In this document: in pieces, positions 43,126 to 52,696 of the stretch | Layout: the number at the start of each line of letters is the position of its first letter | Numbering within the stretch: position 1 is the first letter of the stretch | From: Burkholderiales bacterium | GTDB lineage: Bacteria > Pseudomonadota > Gammaproteobacteria > Burkholderiales > Burkholderiaceae_C | DNA length: 64,000 nucleotides | Direction of reading: 5' to 3' | NCBI GenBank assembly: GCA_039930465.1 | Contig: JBDTTU010000006.1 | Span: 6,317-70,316 of the forward strand | Notes under the pieces: generated by a model | What the model was told of the DNA's origin: nothing | The model's database searches: none | Seen by the model: the letters and a program-made list of their open reading frames with translations, nothing else | Position numbers and translations under genes: made by a program

Positions 43126-44292
43126 TCAGGACGCCTTCGCCGCGGCCGCAGACGCACTCGCCGCAGGCGCCGAGGGCGCAGCGCCCTTCGCGACGATCTT
43201 CGCTGGCGCGCCTTCCTTCAGGCTGTCGAAACGCGCACCCAGCACCTGCAGCTCGGGCGTCAAACCCTGCGTCACTTCGACGCGGCCACCCACGCTGTCG
43301 CGCCGGCCGGTGATGACGATACGGCGCACCAGCACGCCCTTCTCGACCGTCCACACGTAGTCCTGGCCGGAAGCCTGGCCAACCGCGGCGATCGGCACCG
43401 TCAGGCGCTGCGCCGCGTCGTCGAGCATCACGAGCGCGCTGGCGTACTGGCCGGCGCGAAAGGCTTCGTCGGGGTTGGCGAGCACCACCACCACGCGGAT
43501 GCCGCGCGTGCCCGGCTCGGCCGAGGGCGCGATGCGGTCGATGCGCCCTTTCACTGGCGCAGCCGCACCTTCGACACGCACCGACAACATCTGCCCCGGC
43601 TTCAGCGCCGAGACCTGGTGGGTGCCAACGACACCGACGAGTTCGAGCACCGACAGGTCGACGACCGTCATCAGTTCCTGCTCGGCGCTGACCTTCTCGC
43701 CCGGCAGCACGTTGCGCCGCCCGATCACACCGCTGATCGGCGCGGTCAGCGCAGCTTCACGGATGCCGAGCTTCGAAGTGGCCAGTGCTGCCTGCGTCGA
43801 CTTGAGCTGGGCGCGTGCGGTCTCGAGGGTGGCGCGCGACGATTCGAGCGCGTTCGCCGAGATGAACTGCTGGCGCGCCAGCCCTTCGTTCGCCGCGTGT
43901 GCGCGCTCTGCTTCCACGACTCGTGCCTGCGCCGAATCGACCCCGGCCGAACGCTCTGCGGCACGGCTTTGCAAGTCGGCCAGATCGATGCTTCCCAGCG
44001 ATTGGCCGGCCTTGACGCGGCTGCCTTCGGCCACCGAAAGCGCCAGCAACGTGCCCGAAGCCTTGGCGCGCACGACGGCGGTTCGCGGCGCCATCAGCGA
44101 GCCCGAAAACTCGATGCGCTCGGGCAGCGCCGCCAGCACCGGCCGAATCACTTCGGCGGGGGTGAATTCGAGCGTCACCTCGGGTTTTTTGTCTTTGGAG
44201 TCGTCGCTGCTTTTGGCACGCGACACGACTGCCAGGGCGACGGCGGCGACGATGATCGCAACGCCTGCGCCCACGAGCCACTGCTTTCGCAT
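43126..44292 (-). CDS. RND efflux periplasmic adaptor (MFP) subunit
   Basis: N-terminal TM anchor, lipoyl-like halves (VAEGSRVKAGQ; APISGVI) around a helical hairpin; 1 bp from the permease. Confidence 0.92.
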   Translation of the reverse strand: MRKQWLVGAGVAIIVAAVALAVVSRAKSSDDSKDKKPEVTLEFTPAEVIRPVLAALPERIEFSGSLMAPRTAVVRAKASGTLLALSVAEGSRVKAGQSLGSIDLADLQSRAAERSAGVDSAQARVVEAERAHAANEGLARQQFISANALESSRATLETARAQLKSTQAALATSKLGIREAALTAPISGVIGRRNVLPGEKVSAEQELMTVVDLSVLELVGVVGTHQVSALKPGQMLSVRVEGAAAPVKGRIDRIAPSAEPGTRGIRVVVVLANPDEAFRAGQYASALVMLDDAAQRLTVPIAAVGQASGQDYVWTVEKGVLVRRIVITGRRDSVGGRVEVTQGLTPELQVLGARFDSLKEGAPAKIVAKGAAPSAPAASASAAAAKAS

Positions 44293-44426
44293 GAGGCTTC
44301 CTTTCCTGGGTTGTTCTGGTGGACCCGGAGTGTAGACACGGCCCCCCGCGGCAGGCCATCCCCTGCGACAGTCTGCAGATTGTGCGGGTCAGGCTGCCGG
44401 CTGGCCGGCCGGGCCGGAAACCGGCA

Positions 44427-45536
44427 TCAGGCCCGCGCGGGGCGCTGCGCCGGGATCGGCGCTGTCGCGACCCGCACGTCGCCGCACTGCGCGCGGTGGC
44501 GCAAAGCATGGTCCATCAGCACCAGAGCGAGCATCGCCTCGGCGATCGGCGTGGCGCGGATACCGACACAAGGGTCGTGCCGGCCGAAGGTCTCGACCGT
44601 GGCCGGCTGGCCGGCCAGGTCGATCGACTGGCGCGGGCTGCGGATCGAACTCGTCGGCTTGACGGCGATGCTGACGATGATGTCTTGCCCGGTGGAAATC
44701 CCGCCAAGTACACCACCGGCGTTGTTGCTCGAGAAGCCCTCGGGCGTGAGTTCGTCGCCGTGCGTCGTGCCGCGTTGCGCAACGCTCGCGAAGCCGGCAC
44801 CGATCTCCACGCCCTTGACAGCGTTGATGCCCATCATCGCCTTCGCGATGTCGGCGTCGAGCTTGTCGAACAGCGGCTCGCCCAGGCCGACCGGCACACC
44901 GTGTGCGGCCACCGAAATGCGCGCGCCACAGCTGTCGCCGGCCTTGCGCAAGTCGTCCATGTAGGCCTCGAGGCGGGCGATGTCGCTCGTGTTCGCCGCG
45001 AAGAACGGGTTGTTCGGGACATGCGCCATCGACTCGAACGGGATCACGATGTCGCCGATCTGTGCCATGTGGCCCGAGAAGGTGGTGCCGAACTTCAGCT
45101 TCAGCCACTTGCGAGCAATCGCCCCGGCACCGACCATCGGCGCCGTCAGCCTGGCCGAGGCGCGGCCACCACCGCGCGGGTCGCGCAGGCCGTACTTGTG
45201 CAGGTAGGCGTAGTCGGCGTGGCCCGGGCGGAAGGTGTTCAGGATGTTGCCGTAGTCTTTGCTGCGCTGGTCGGTGTTGCGGATCAGCAGGCAGATCGGC
45301 GTGCCGGTCGTCAGGCCTTCGTACACACCCGAGAGAATCTCGACCGTGTCGGGCTCGTTGCGCTGCGTGACAAAGCGCGAGGTGCCGGGGCGGCGGCGGT
45401 CGAGTTCGGGCTGGATGTCGGCTTCCGACAAGGCCATGCCGGGCGGGCAGCCGTCGATCACGCAGCCGATGGCCGGACCGTGGCTTTCACCGAAGTTGGT
45501 GACGCGAAAGAGTTCGCCGAGGGTGCTGCCGGACAT
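44427..45536 (-). CDS. aroC: Chorismate synthase
   Basis: [27 protein letters not shown]. Confidence 0.98.
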   Translation of the reverse strand: MSGSTLGELFRVTNFGESHGPAIGCVIDGCPPGMALSEADIQPELDRRRPGTSRFVTQRNEPDTVEILSGVYEGLTTGTPICLLIRNTDQRSKDYGNILNTFRPGHADYAYLHKYGLRDPRGGGRASARLTAPMVGAGAIARKWLKLKFGTTFSGHMAQIGDIVIPFESMAHVPNNPFFAANTSDIARLEAYMDDLRKAGDSCGARISVAAHGVPVGLGEPLFDKLDADIAKAMMGINAVKGVEIGAGFASVAQRGTTHGDELTPEGFSSNNAGGVLGGISTGQDIIVSIAVKPTSSIRSPRQSIDLAGQPATVETFGRHDPCVGIRATPIAEAMLALVLMDHALRHRAQCGDVRVATAPIPAQRPARA

Positions 45537-45644
45537 GGTGTGTGGGGCGCCGAAACGCAGTGGCCAGAAGTGACACCACCGCCCGGAGGCGGTGGCGAGT
45601 GTTGCGATTTTAGGCCAGCCGCTGGCCGCGCCAGAAGGCGCCGC

Positions 45645-46115
45645 TCAGTTCGGCGTGGGCGTCTGCTCGTCGCTCGCGTCTTCGACCGGCCAGTCGCGGA
45701 TGTAGGCCTTGAGCATGCGGTTCTCGAAGTCCTGCCCGTCGACCACGGCCTTGGCCACGTCGTAGAACGAGATCACGCCCATCAGCGTGCGTTGCGTGAG
45801 CACAGGCATGTAGCGCGCATGGCGGCCGAGCATCATGCGGCGCACTTCGTCGATCTCGGTGTCGGGCGTGCAGGTGAGCGGGTGGTCGTCCATCACGCCG
45901 CGCACCTGCAGCGTGCCGAGCGCACCGTCGTTCTTCACGATGGCCTGGATCACTTCGCGGAAGGTGAGCATGCCCACCAGGTCACCGTGGTCCATCACGA
46001 CGAGCGAGCCGATGTCGCGGTCCGACATGGTGCTGACCGCTTCGTGCAGCGGCTGATCGGGTGACACGGTGAACAGCGTGCCGCCCTTGACTCGAAGGAT
46101 GTCGCTGACTTTCAT
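45645..46115 (-). CDS. CBS domain pair protein
   Basis: MKVSDILRVKG, IGSLVVMD, RHARYMPV, GVISFYDVAK. Start ATG 46115 with GGAG upstream. Confidence 0.88.
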   Translation of the reverse strand: MKVSDILRVKGGTLFTVSPDQPLHEAVSTMSDRDIGSLVVMDHGDLVGMLTFREVIQAIVKNDGALGTLQVRGVMDDHPLTCTPDTEIDEVRRMMLGRHARYMPVLTQRTLMGVISFYDVAKAVVDGQDFENRMLKAYIRDWPVEDASDEQTPTPN

Positions 46116-46212
46116 GGGCACTCCGCAACGGTGGTTTGCGGCCAATATAGCCCACAATTCGCAGCGGCGACACCCTGCCGAACCCACACCACCCCAAGCC
46201 CGCGGAGGCACC

Positions 46213-47514
46213 ATGCCCGGCCACTCAGACCCCGGCTTCGACACGCTGGCGCTTCATGCCGGCGCCGCCCCCGACCCGGCGACCGGCGCGCGCGCCGTGC
46301 CGATCCATCTGACCACCTCGTTCGTGTTCGAGAGCAGCGAACATGCAGCCTCACTGTTCAACATGGAACGTTCGGGCCATGTCTACAGCCGCATCTCGAA
46401 CCCGACCAACGCGGTCTTCGAAGAGCGCGTGGCCGCACTCGAAGGTGGCAGCGGCGCCATTGCCACCGCCAGCGGCCAGGCCGCGTTGCATCTGGCGATC
46501 AGCACGCTCGCAGGCGCGGGCTCGCACATCGTGGCGTCGAGCGCGCTCTACGGTGGCTCGCACAACCTGCTGCACTACACACTCGCGCGCTTCGGTATTT
46601 CCACCACCTTCGTGAAGCCGGGCGACATCGATGCGTGGCGCGCCGCGATCCGCCCCGACACACGTTTGCTGTTCGGCGAAACGCTGGGCAACCCCGGGCT
46701 CGACGTGCTCGACATCCCGACCGTCTCTGCAATCGCCCACGAACACGGCCTGCCGCTGATGGTCGACTCGACCTTCACCACACCCTGGTTGATGAAACCT
46801 TTCGACCACGGCGCCGACCTGCTGTTTCACTCGGCCACGAAGTTCCTTTCCGGCCACGGCACCGTGATCGGCGGTGTGCTCGTGGACAGCGGCCAGTTCG
46901 ACTGGGATCGATCGGGCCGTTTCCCCGAGCTGACCAAAGCCTACGAAGGCTTTCACGGCATGGTGTTCAGCGAAGAAAGCAGCGTCGGCGCCTTCCTGCT
47001 GCGTGCGCGCCGCGAAGGGCTGCGCGACTTCGGCGCGTGCATGAGCCCGCACACGGCCTGGCTGATCCTGCAAGGCATCGAAACCTTGCCGCTGCGCATG
47101 GCGCGGCACATCGAGAACACGCGCAAGGTGGTGGCCTTTCTGGCCGCACATTCAATGGTCGAGAGCGTGGGGTACCCCGAACTCGAGTCGCACACCAGCC
47201 ACACGCTCGCGAAGCGCCTGCTGCCGCGCGGCTGCGGCTCGGTGTTCAGCTTCAACCTGCGTGGGTCGCGCCAACAGGGCGTCGCTTTCATCGAGGCGCT
47301 GAAGATCTTTTCGCACCTCGCCAACGTGGGCGATTGCCGCTCGCTGGTGATTCACCCGGCCTCGACCACGCACTTCCGCATGGACGACGCGGCATTGCTG
47401 CAGGCCGGCATCACGCCGGGCACGATTCGCCTGTCGATCGGCCTGGAAGACGCCGACGATCTGATCGACGACCTGAAACGCGCGCTCAAGGTCGCCGAGA
47501 AAGCGGGTGCGTGA
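46213..47514 (+). CDS. metY: O-acetylhomoserine aminocarboxypropyltransferase/sulfhydrylase (Cys/Met metabolism PLP family)
   Basis: YSRISNPT, ASGQAA, PLP lysine HSATKFLSGHG, HLANVGD, HPASTTH. Start ATG 46213 with GGAGG upstream. The gene symbol is a family-level assignment. Confidence 0.8.
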   Translation: MPGHSDPGFDTLALHAGAAPDPATGARAVPIHLTTSFVFESSEHAASLFNMERSGHVYSRISNPTNAVFEERVAALEGGSGAIATASGQAALHLAISTLAGAGSHIVASSALYGGSHNLLHYTLARFGISTTFVKPGDIDAWRAAIRPDTRLLFGETLGNPGLDVLDIPTVSAIAHEHGLPLMVDSTFTTPWLMKPFDHGADLLFHSATKFLSGHGTVIGGVLVDSGQFDWDRSGRFPELTKAYEGFHGMVFSEESSVGAFLLRARREGLRDFGACMSPHTAWLILQGIETLPLRMARHIENTRKVVAFLAAHSMVESVGYPELESHTSHTLAKRLLPRGCGSVFSFNLRGSRQQGVAFIEALKIFSHLANVGDCRSLVIHPASTTHFRMDDAALLQAGITPGTIRLSIGLEDADDLIDDLKRALKVAEKAGA

Positions 47515-48329
47515 TGGAACTGAGCGTTCGTGGCTTCGATGCCAAGGCCTACGCCTACACCGGTGGCAAGGCTTTCGACCCGGCCCTGCCCTGCGTCGTG
47601 TTCATACACGGTGCCTTGCACGATCACAGCGTCTGGACGTTGCTGGCGCGCTGGTATGCGCACCACGGCCACGGCGTGCTGGCCGTCGACCAGCCGGGCC
47701 ACGGGCGCAGTGGCGGCGCGCCGCTGGCGAGCGTCGAAACCTTGGCCGACTGGTTGCTCGCGCTGCTCGACGCGGCCGGTGTGGCCAAGGCCAGCCTGGT
47801 CGGCCACAGCATGGGCTCGCTGATCGCGCTCGAAGCCACGGCACGTGCCCCTTCGAAGATCGATGCGCTCGTGATGGTCGGCACCGCCTACCCGATGAAG
47901 GTGTCTGAAGCGCTGCTCGAGACCGCGCGCACCGCACCGCTGAAGGCGATCGACATGGTCAATGTGTTTTCGCACTCCACGCTGGCCGCCAAGCCTTCCC
48001 ACCCCGGCCCGGGCACCTGGTTGCACGGCGCCAACCGCGCGCTGATGCGGCGTGTACAGGCCGGGCAGACGGCGGTCAACCTGTTCCACCACGACTTCAG
48101 TGTGTGCGACCGCTACACCGGTGGTTTGCAGGCCGCGGCGAAAGTGCAGTGCCCTGTCGCCTTGATCCTCGGCGAACGCGATCAGATGACTGTGCCGAAA
48201 CAGAGCCGCGAGATCGCGCTGGCCCTGAAGGCGCGTGTACACATGGTGGCCGCTGGTCACGCGTTGATGACCGAAGCACCCGACGCACTTCTCAAGGCCT
48301 TGCGTGAAGCCCTGCACAGGCCAAGGTAG
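47514..48329 (+). CDS. Alpha/beta hydrolase
   Basis: FIHGALHD oxyanion motif, GHSMG nucleophile, GERDQM, AGHALM. TGATG overlap with the metY-like stop. Confidence 0.88.
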   Translation: MELSVRGFDAKAYAYTGGKAFDPALPCVVFIHGALHDHSVWTLLARWYAHHGHGVLAVDQPGHGRSGGAPLASVETLADWLLALLDAAGVAKASLVGHSMGSLIALEATARAPSKIDALVMVGTAYPMKVSEALLETARTAPLKAIDMVNVFSHSTLAAKPSHPGPGTWLHGANRALMRRVQAGQTAVNLFHHDFSVCDRYTGGLQAAAKVQCPVALILGERDQMTVPKQSREIALALKARVHMVAAGHALMTEAPDALLKALREALHRPR

Positions 48330-48352
48330 CACGTCCCGGCTAAGCTCTGGCG

Positions 48353-49645
48353 ATGGCCGCCGCAGCCGAACCCCGAACCGCCCACGCCGAACGCCTGTTC
48401 GATGCGATCAACCTGCCCATCGCGCGCTGGGACCGTGCTGCGCGGCTGCTGTACTGCAATGACAACTACCTGACCTGGGCGGCGCGCGAGCGCGAATCGC
48501 TGCTGGGCCGCAGCCTGCAAACGCTGTACGGCGACGACGCCTGGGCGCAGGCCGGCCCGGCGTTCGCGCTGGCGTTCGCCGGCGGCACCACCAGCTACGA
48601 GCGGATGCTGCACCACGGGCCGACGGCGGGCCGCTGGAGCCGCGTGCAGATGTTCCCCGATGTCGGGCCCGACGGCAATGTCGAATCGGTGTTCACGATC
48701 GGCACCGACATCCACGCCGACGTGCTTGCACGCGAAGCATTCACCGCCGCGCAGTTGCGCCTCGACCACTTCACCGACAACATCCCGTACCCGCTGACCT
48801 ACGTCGACCGCGACTTCGTTTTGCGCTTCGTGAACAAGGCCTACACCACGGCCACGCGCGAAAGCCGCGAGGGCCTGCTGGGCCGCCACATCGGCTCGGT
48901 GCGCGGCGCGAAGCGCTGGGCCGAACACGAGCCCTACTTCCAGCGTGCGCTGCTCGGCAAGACGGTGCAGTACACCCGGCTGGTCGACTCGCTGCCGCAG
49001 GGCCCGCGCTGGATGCGCACCAGCTACGTGCCCGACTTCGATGCCGCAGGCGCGGTGATCGGCCTGTACACCGTCACGATCGACGTGCACGACCTGACCG
49101 TGACGCAGGAAAAGCTCAAGCGCCGTGTCGAGCACGACTCGCTGACCGACGTGCTGAGCCGGCGCACGATGATGGACCGCATCGAAGCCGCGCTGCTCGA
49201 CGCGAAAGACACGCCAGTGGCGCTGTTCTTCATCGACCTCGACGGCTTCAAAGCGGTCAACGACCAGCTCGGCCACCGCGTCGGCGACGCCTTGCTGGTC
49301 GCGGTGGGCGCGGCCTTGCAAGCCGCGGTGCGCGCCGAAGACGCGGTGGGCCGTTTTGGCGGCGACGAATTTCTGGTGCTCGCGCCAGTGCGCGACGCCG
49401 ATGGCGCGCAGGCGCTGGCGCTGCACATGCTGCAAGCGGTGCGCGCAGTGGCCAACGCCGGCGTGACGATGGGCAACGTGATGGCGGCCGTCAGCGCGAG
49501 CATCGGCTACGCGCTGGCACCGCTCGACGCGCGCAACCCGATGAACTTGCTGCAGCTGGCCGACAATGCGATGTACGCGGCCAAGCGTTTCGGCAAGAAC
49601 GGCGTGCGGCATTGCGCCGCCGTCTCGTTCGAAGCGACGCGCTGA
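48353..49645 (+). CDS. PAS-PAS-GGDEF diguanylate cyclase
   Basis: Two PAS_4-like domains, HDSLT, DLDGFKAVNDQLGH, RAED I-site, intact RFGGDEF. Confidence 0.92.
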   Translation: MAAAAEPRTAHAERLFDAINLPIARWDRAARLLYCNDNYLTWAARERESLLGRSLQTLYGDDAWAQAGPAFALAFAGGTTSYERMLHHGPTAGRWSRVQMFPDVGPDGNVESVFTIGTDIHADVLAREAFTAAQLRLDHFTDNIPYPLTYVDRDFVLRFVNKAYTTATRESREGLLGRHIGSVRGAKRWAEHEPYFQRALLGKTVQYTRLVDSLPQGPRWMRTSYVPDFDAAGAVIGLYTVTIDVHDLTVTQEKLKRRVEHDSLTDVLSRRTMMDRIEAALLDAKDTPVALFFIDLDGFKAVNDQLGHRVGDALLVAVGAALQAAVRAEDAVGRFGGDEFLVLAPVRDADGAQALALHMLQAVRAVANAGVTMGNVMAAVSASIGYALAPLDARNPMNLLQLADNAMYAAKRFGKNGVRHCAAVSFEATR

Positions 49646-49658
49646 GAACGCCGAGTTC

Positions 49659-50894
49659 TCAGGCGCGGATCAAATCGTCCAGCGTCATCGCATCAAAACC
49701 GGCGCGTTGCCAGAAGCCCTGCAACGACGCCGAGGGTTCGACCAGCAAGGCCGCGACCAGCGGCTGCGCTTTCGTGGTGGCCGGGTCGCACAGCAACACG
49801 TAGCGCGGGTCGGCCTTCTCGTCGAGCCGGCCGACCCAGTCGATCCCGACCAGGGTGTCGAGGATCGGCTCGGTCTGCAGCGGGTCGGTGCGCAACGCGG
49901 CCGACAACTCTCCGGCGCCCAGGCCGCCCGTTTGCTGCGCGCGCGCCTGCGCCAGTTCGGCCAGCACGACGATGGCCAGCTCGAATCGCCCGCCGGGGCC
50001 GTCGGGCCAGCGTTTCACGCGCGTTTGCAGGCTCGGCGCATAGGCCGCGATCACCGCGCCGAGCAGCACGATCACCCAGCCGAAGTAGATCCAGATCAGG
50101 AAGATCGGCACGGCCGCGAATGCACCGTACACGACCGAATACGTCGGCACTTGCAGCAAGTACCAGCCGAGCAGGCGTTTGGCGACCTCGAAGCCGGCCG
50201 CGGCGAACAGCCCACCGGCGATCGCATGGCGCCAGCGCACGTGGGTGTTGGGCACGTAGTGGAACAAGCCGGCCAGGCCCGCGGCGAACAGCACGAACTC
50301 AAGCGTGTTGAGCAGCAGGCTGATGCCACCCGGCACACCACCCACCAGCCCGCGCGAGGCCGACAGCACGTACGACGTCAACCACAGGCTGATGCCCAGC
50401 AGCAGCGGGCCGAGCGTGGCGCTGGCCCAGTAGACCAACACACGTTGTGCGATCGGGCGCGGCTCGCGCACGCGCCAAATGCCGTTGAGGGTGCGGTCGA
50501 TCGTGAGCATCAGCGCCAGCGCGGTCAGCACCAGCAAGGCCAGGCCCACGCTGCCGAGCCGGCTCGCCTTGCTGGCGAACTGCGTGAGCGCGGCCAAGAC
50601 TGGCTTGGCGATGGTTTCGGGCACCAGGCTCTGCAGGAAGTACTTCTGCAGCGCCTCCTGGAAGCTCGCGAACATCGGGAAGGCCGAAAACACCGCGAGC
50701 ATCACGGTGAGCAAAGGCACCAGGGCGATCAGTGTCGTGAAGGTCAGGCTGCTGGCCGTCAGGCCGAGGCGGTCTTCGCGAAAGCGGATGCGAAGGGTCT
50801 TGAGGGTGTCGAGCCAGGGCCAGGTCTGCAGGGTTTGCAGCAGGCGCGGCAGGTGCTCGTGAAGGGTCGCCTTCCACAATTGCATCAAATTCAT
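49659..50894 (-). CDS. yihY: YihY/BrkB family inner membrane protein with C-terminal extension
   Basis: ASSLTFTTLIALVP, YHVP-like FHYVPN, YGAFAAVPIFLIWIY. Start ATG 50894 preferred. Confidence 0.88.
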   Translation of the reverse strand: MNLMQLWKATLHEHLPRLLQTLQTWPWLDTLKTLRIRFREDRLGLTASSLTFTTLIALVPLLTVMLAVFSAFPMFASFQEALQKYFLQSLVPETIAKPVLAALTQFASKASRLGSVGLALLVLTALALMLTIDRTLNGIWRVREPRPIAQRVLVYWASATLGPLLLGISLWLTSYVLSASRGLVGGVPGGISLLLNTLEFVLFAAGLAGLFHYVPNTHVRWRHAIAGGLFAAAGFEVAKRLLGWYLLQVPTYSVVYGAFAAVPIFLIWIYFGWVIVLLGAVIAAYAPSLQTRVKRWPDGPGGRFELAIVVLAELAQARAQQTGGLGAGELSAALRTDPLQTEPILDTLVGIDWVGRLDEKADPRYVLLCDPATTKAQPLVAALLVEPSASLQGFWQRAGFDAMTLDDLIRA

Positions 50895-50914
50895 TGCTGG
50901 CATCATAGCCAGCG

Positions 50915-51292
50915 ATGAACCACCCACCTGCCCTGCCCGCCCGCGTTGTCTGGAGCCGCGCGCTCGCCCTCGTCTGCCTGCTGGCGCTGATCGGGCTCGG
51001 CCTGGCCTGGGAGCTGTGGCTCGCCCCCACCGGCCGCGGCACGCTCGCGCTGAAAGTGCTGCCGCTGCTGCTGGCGCTGCCCGGCCTGCTGAACTGGCGC
51101 ATGTACACCTTCCGTTGGCTCAGCCTGGTGCTCTGGCTCTACGTGGCCGAAGGCGCGGTGCGTGCGGCCAGCGACCGCGGTCTGGGTGCGCCGCTGGCTT
51201 TGCTCGAAGTCGTGCTCGGCGTGCTGCTGTTCGCGGCCTGTGCCGCGCACGTGCGCTGGCGCCTGAGCGCGGCAAAAGCGAGCGCGGCATGA
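50915..51292 (+). CDS. DUF2069-like membrane protein
   Basis: WELWLAP, LKVLPLLL.LPG, YTFRWLSL; four TMs. Confidence 0.75.
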   Translation: MNHPPALPARVVWSRALALVCLLALIGLGLAWELWLAPTGRGTLALKVLPLLLALPGLLNWRMYTFRWLSLVLWLYVAEGAVRAASDRGLGAPLALLEVVLGVLLFAACAAHVRWRLSAAKASAA

Positions 51293-52689
51293 GCCTGATC
51301 GAGAACCTGCGCGGCCTGGTCGGCGCGCCGCATGTGCTGACCGATGGCGATCTTTCGGGCTACGAGCTCGACTGGCGCAAGCGCTATCGGGGCCGTGCGT
51401 TCGCCGTGGTGCGGCCGGGTTCGACCGAAGAAGTGGCGGCCATCGTGGCGGCCTGCGGCAGGTTCGGCGCAGGCATCGTCACGCAAGGTGGCAACACCGG
51501 CCTGGTGGGCGCTTCGGTGCCCGACGCCAGCGGTGGCCAGGTGCTGCTCAGCCTGGCCCGCATGAACCGGGTACGCCAGCTCGACGCACAGAACCTGACA
51601 CTCACGCTCGACGCCGGCTGCATCCTGCAGAACGTGCAGCAGACCGCTGCCGATGCCGGCCTGCTGTTCCCCTTGAGCCTGGCGGCCGAGGGCAGTTGCA
51701 CGATCGGCGGCAACCTCGCGACCAATGCCGGCGGCACCCAGGTGCTGCGCTACGGCAATGCGCGCGACCTCTGCCTCGGCCTCGAAGTGGTAACGGCGCA
51801 GGGCGAGGTCTGGGATGGCCTCTCGGGCCTGCGCAAGGACAACACCGGCTACGACCTGCGCGACCTGTTCATCGGCAGCGAAGGCACGCTCGGTGTGATC
51901 ACCGGCGCCACGCTCAAGCTGTACCCACAACCGGCAGCGGTGACCACAGCGCTGGCCGCGCTGCCTTCGCTGGAGGCGGCAATCGGCCTGCTGCAACTGG
52001 CACAGGCGCGGCTCGGCCCGGGCCTGACCGGCTTCGAGGTGATGGCGCAGTACGCGCTCGGCCTGGTGCGAAAGCATTTCTCCCAGCTGACCCAGCCCTT
52101 GCCTGCGGCGCCGTGGACGGTGCTGCTGGAGCAGTCCGACAATGAAGGCGAAACGCACGCGCAGGCACTGTTCGAAGCGCTGCTCGAAACCGCGCTGGAG
52201 CGCGGCTTGATCATCGACGCTGCGGTGTCGGCGAGCACGCTGCAGTCACACGCGATGTGGCATCTGCGCGAATCGATTCCGATGGCGCAGAGCGTCGAGG
52301 GGCTCAACATCAAGCACGACATCGCGCTGCCGGTGTCGGCCATCGCGCGCTTCGTGGCCGACACCGACACAGCCTTGTTGAAAGCATTCCCCGGCGTTCG
52401 CCTCGTCAACTTCGGCCACCTGGGCGACGGCAACCTGCACTACAACGTGCAGGCGCCCGAAGGCATGGATGGCGAAACCTTTCTGCGCGAGAGCGAATCC
52501 GCGGTCAACACGCTGGTCTACGACGCGCTTGCCACGCACGGCGGCTCGATCTCGGCCGAGCACGGCATCGGTGCGCTCAAGCGCGACGAGCTGGTGCGGC
52601 GCAAGTCGCCGGTCGCGCTGAAGATGATGCGAGCGATCAAGCTGGCGCTCGACCCGCAGAACCTGATGAACCCGGGGCGGCTGCTGTAG
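51289..52689 (+). CDS. FAD-linked 2-hydroxyacid oxidoreductase (GlcD/D-lactate/D-2-hydroxyglutarate dehydrogenase family)
   Basis: QGGNTGLVG, GGNLATNAGG, GSEGTLGVIT, FGHLGDGNLH, ISAEHGIG. ATGA overlap with the DUF2069 gene. Confidence 0.9.
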   Translation: MSLIENLRGLVGAPHVLTDGDLSGYELDWRKRYRGRAFAVVRPGSTEEVAAIVAACGRFGAGIVTQGGNTGLVGASVPDASGGQVLLSLARMNRVRQLDAQNLTLTLDAGCILQNVQQTAADAGLLFPLSLAAEGSCTIGGNLATNAGGTQVLRYGNARDLCLGLEVVTAQGEVWDGLSGLRKDNTGYDLRDLFIGSEGTLGVITGATLKLYPQPAAVTTALAALPSLEAAIGLLQLAQARLGPGLTGFEVMAQYALGLVRKHFSQLTQPLPAAPWTVLLEQSDNEGETHAQALFEALLETALERGLIIDAAVSASTLQSHAMWHLRESIPMAQSVEGLNIKHDIALPVSAIARFVADTDTALLKAFPGVRLVNFGHLGDGNLHYNVQAPEGMDGETFLRESESAVNTLVYDALATHGGSISAEHGIGALKRDELVRRKSPVALKMMRAIKLALDPQNLMNPGRLL

Positions 52690-52696
52690 TGCGCCG

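Noticed and set aside
39954-44964. Long alternative-frame ORFs (417, 613, 596 and 627 aa) over the RND locus
   Set aside because: Shadows of the RND genes, which carry all the family motifs.
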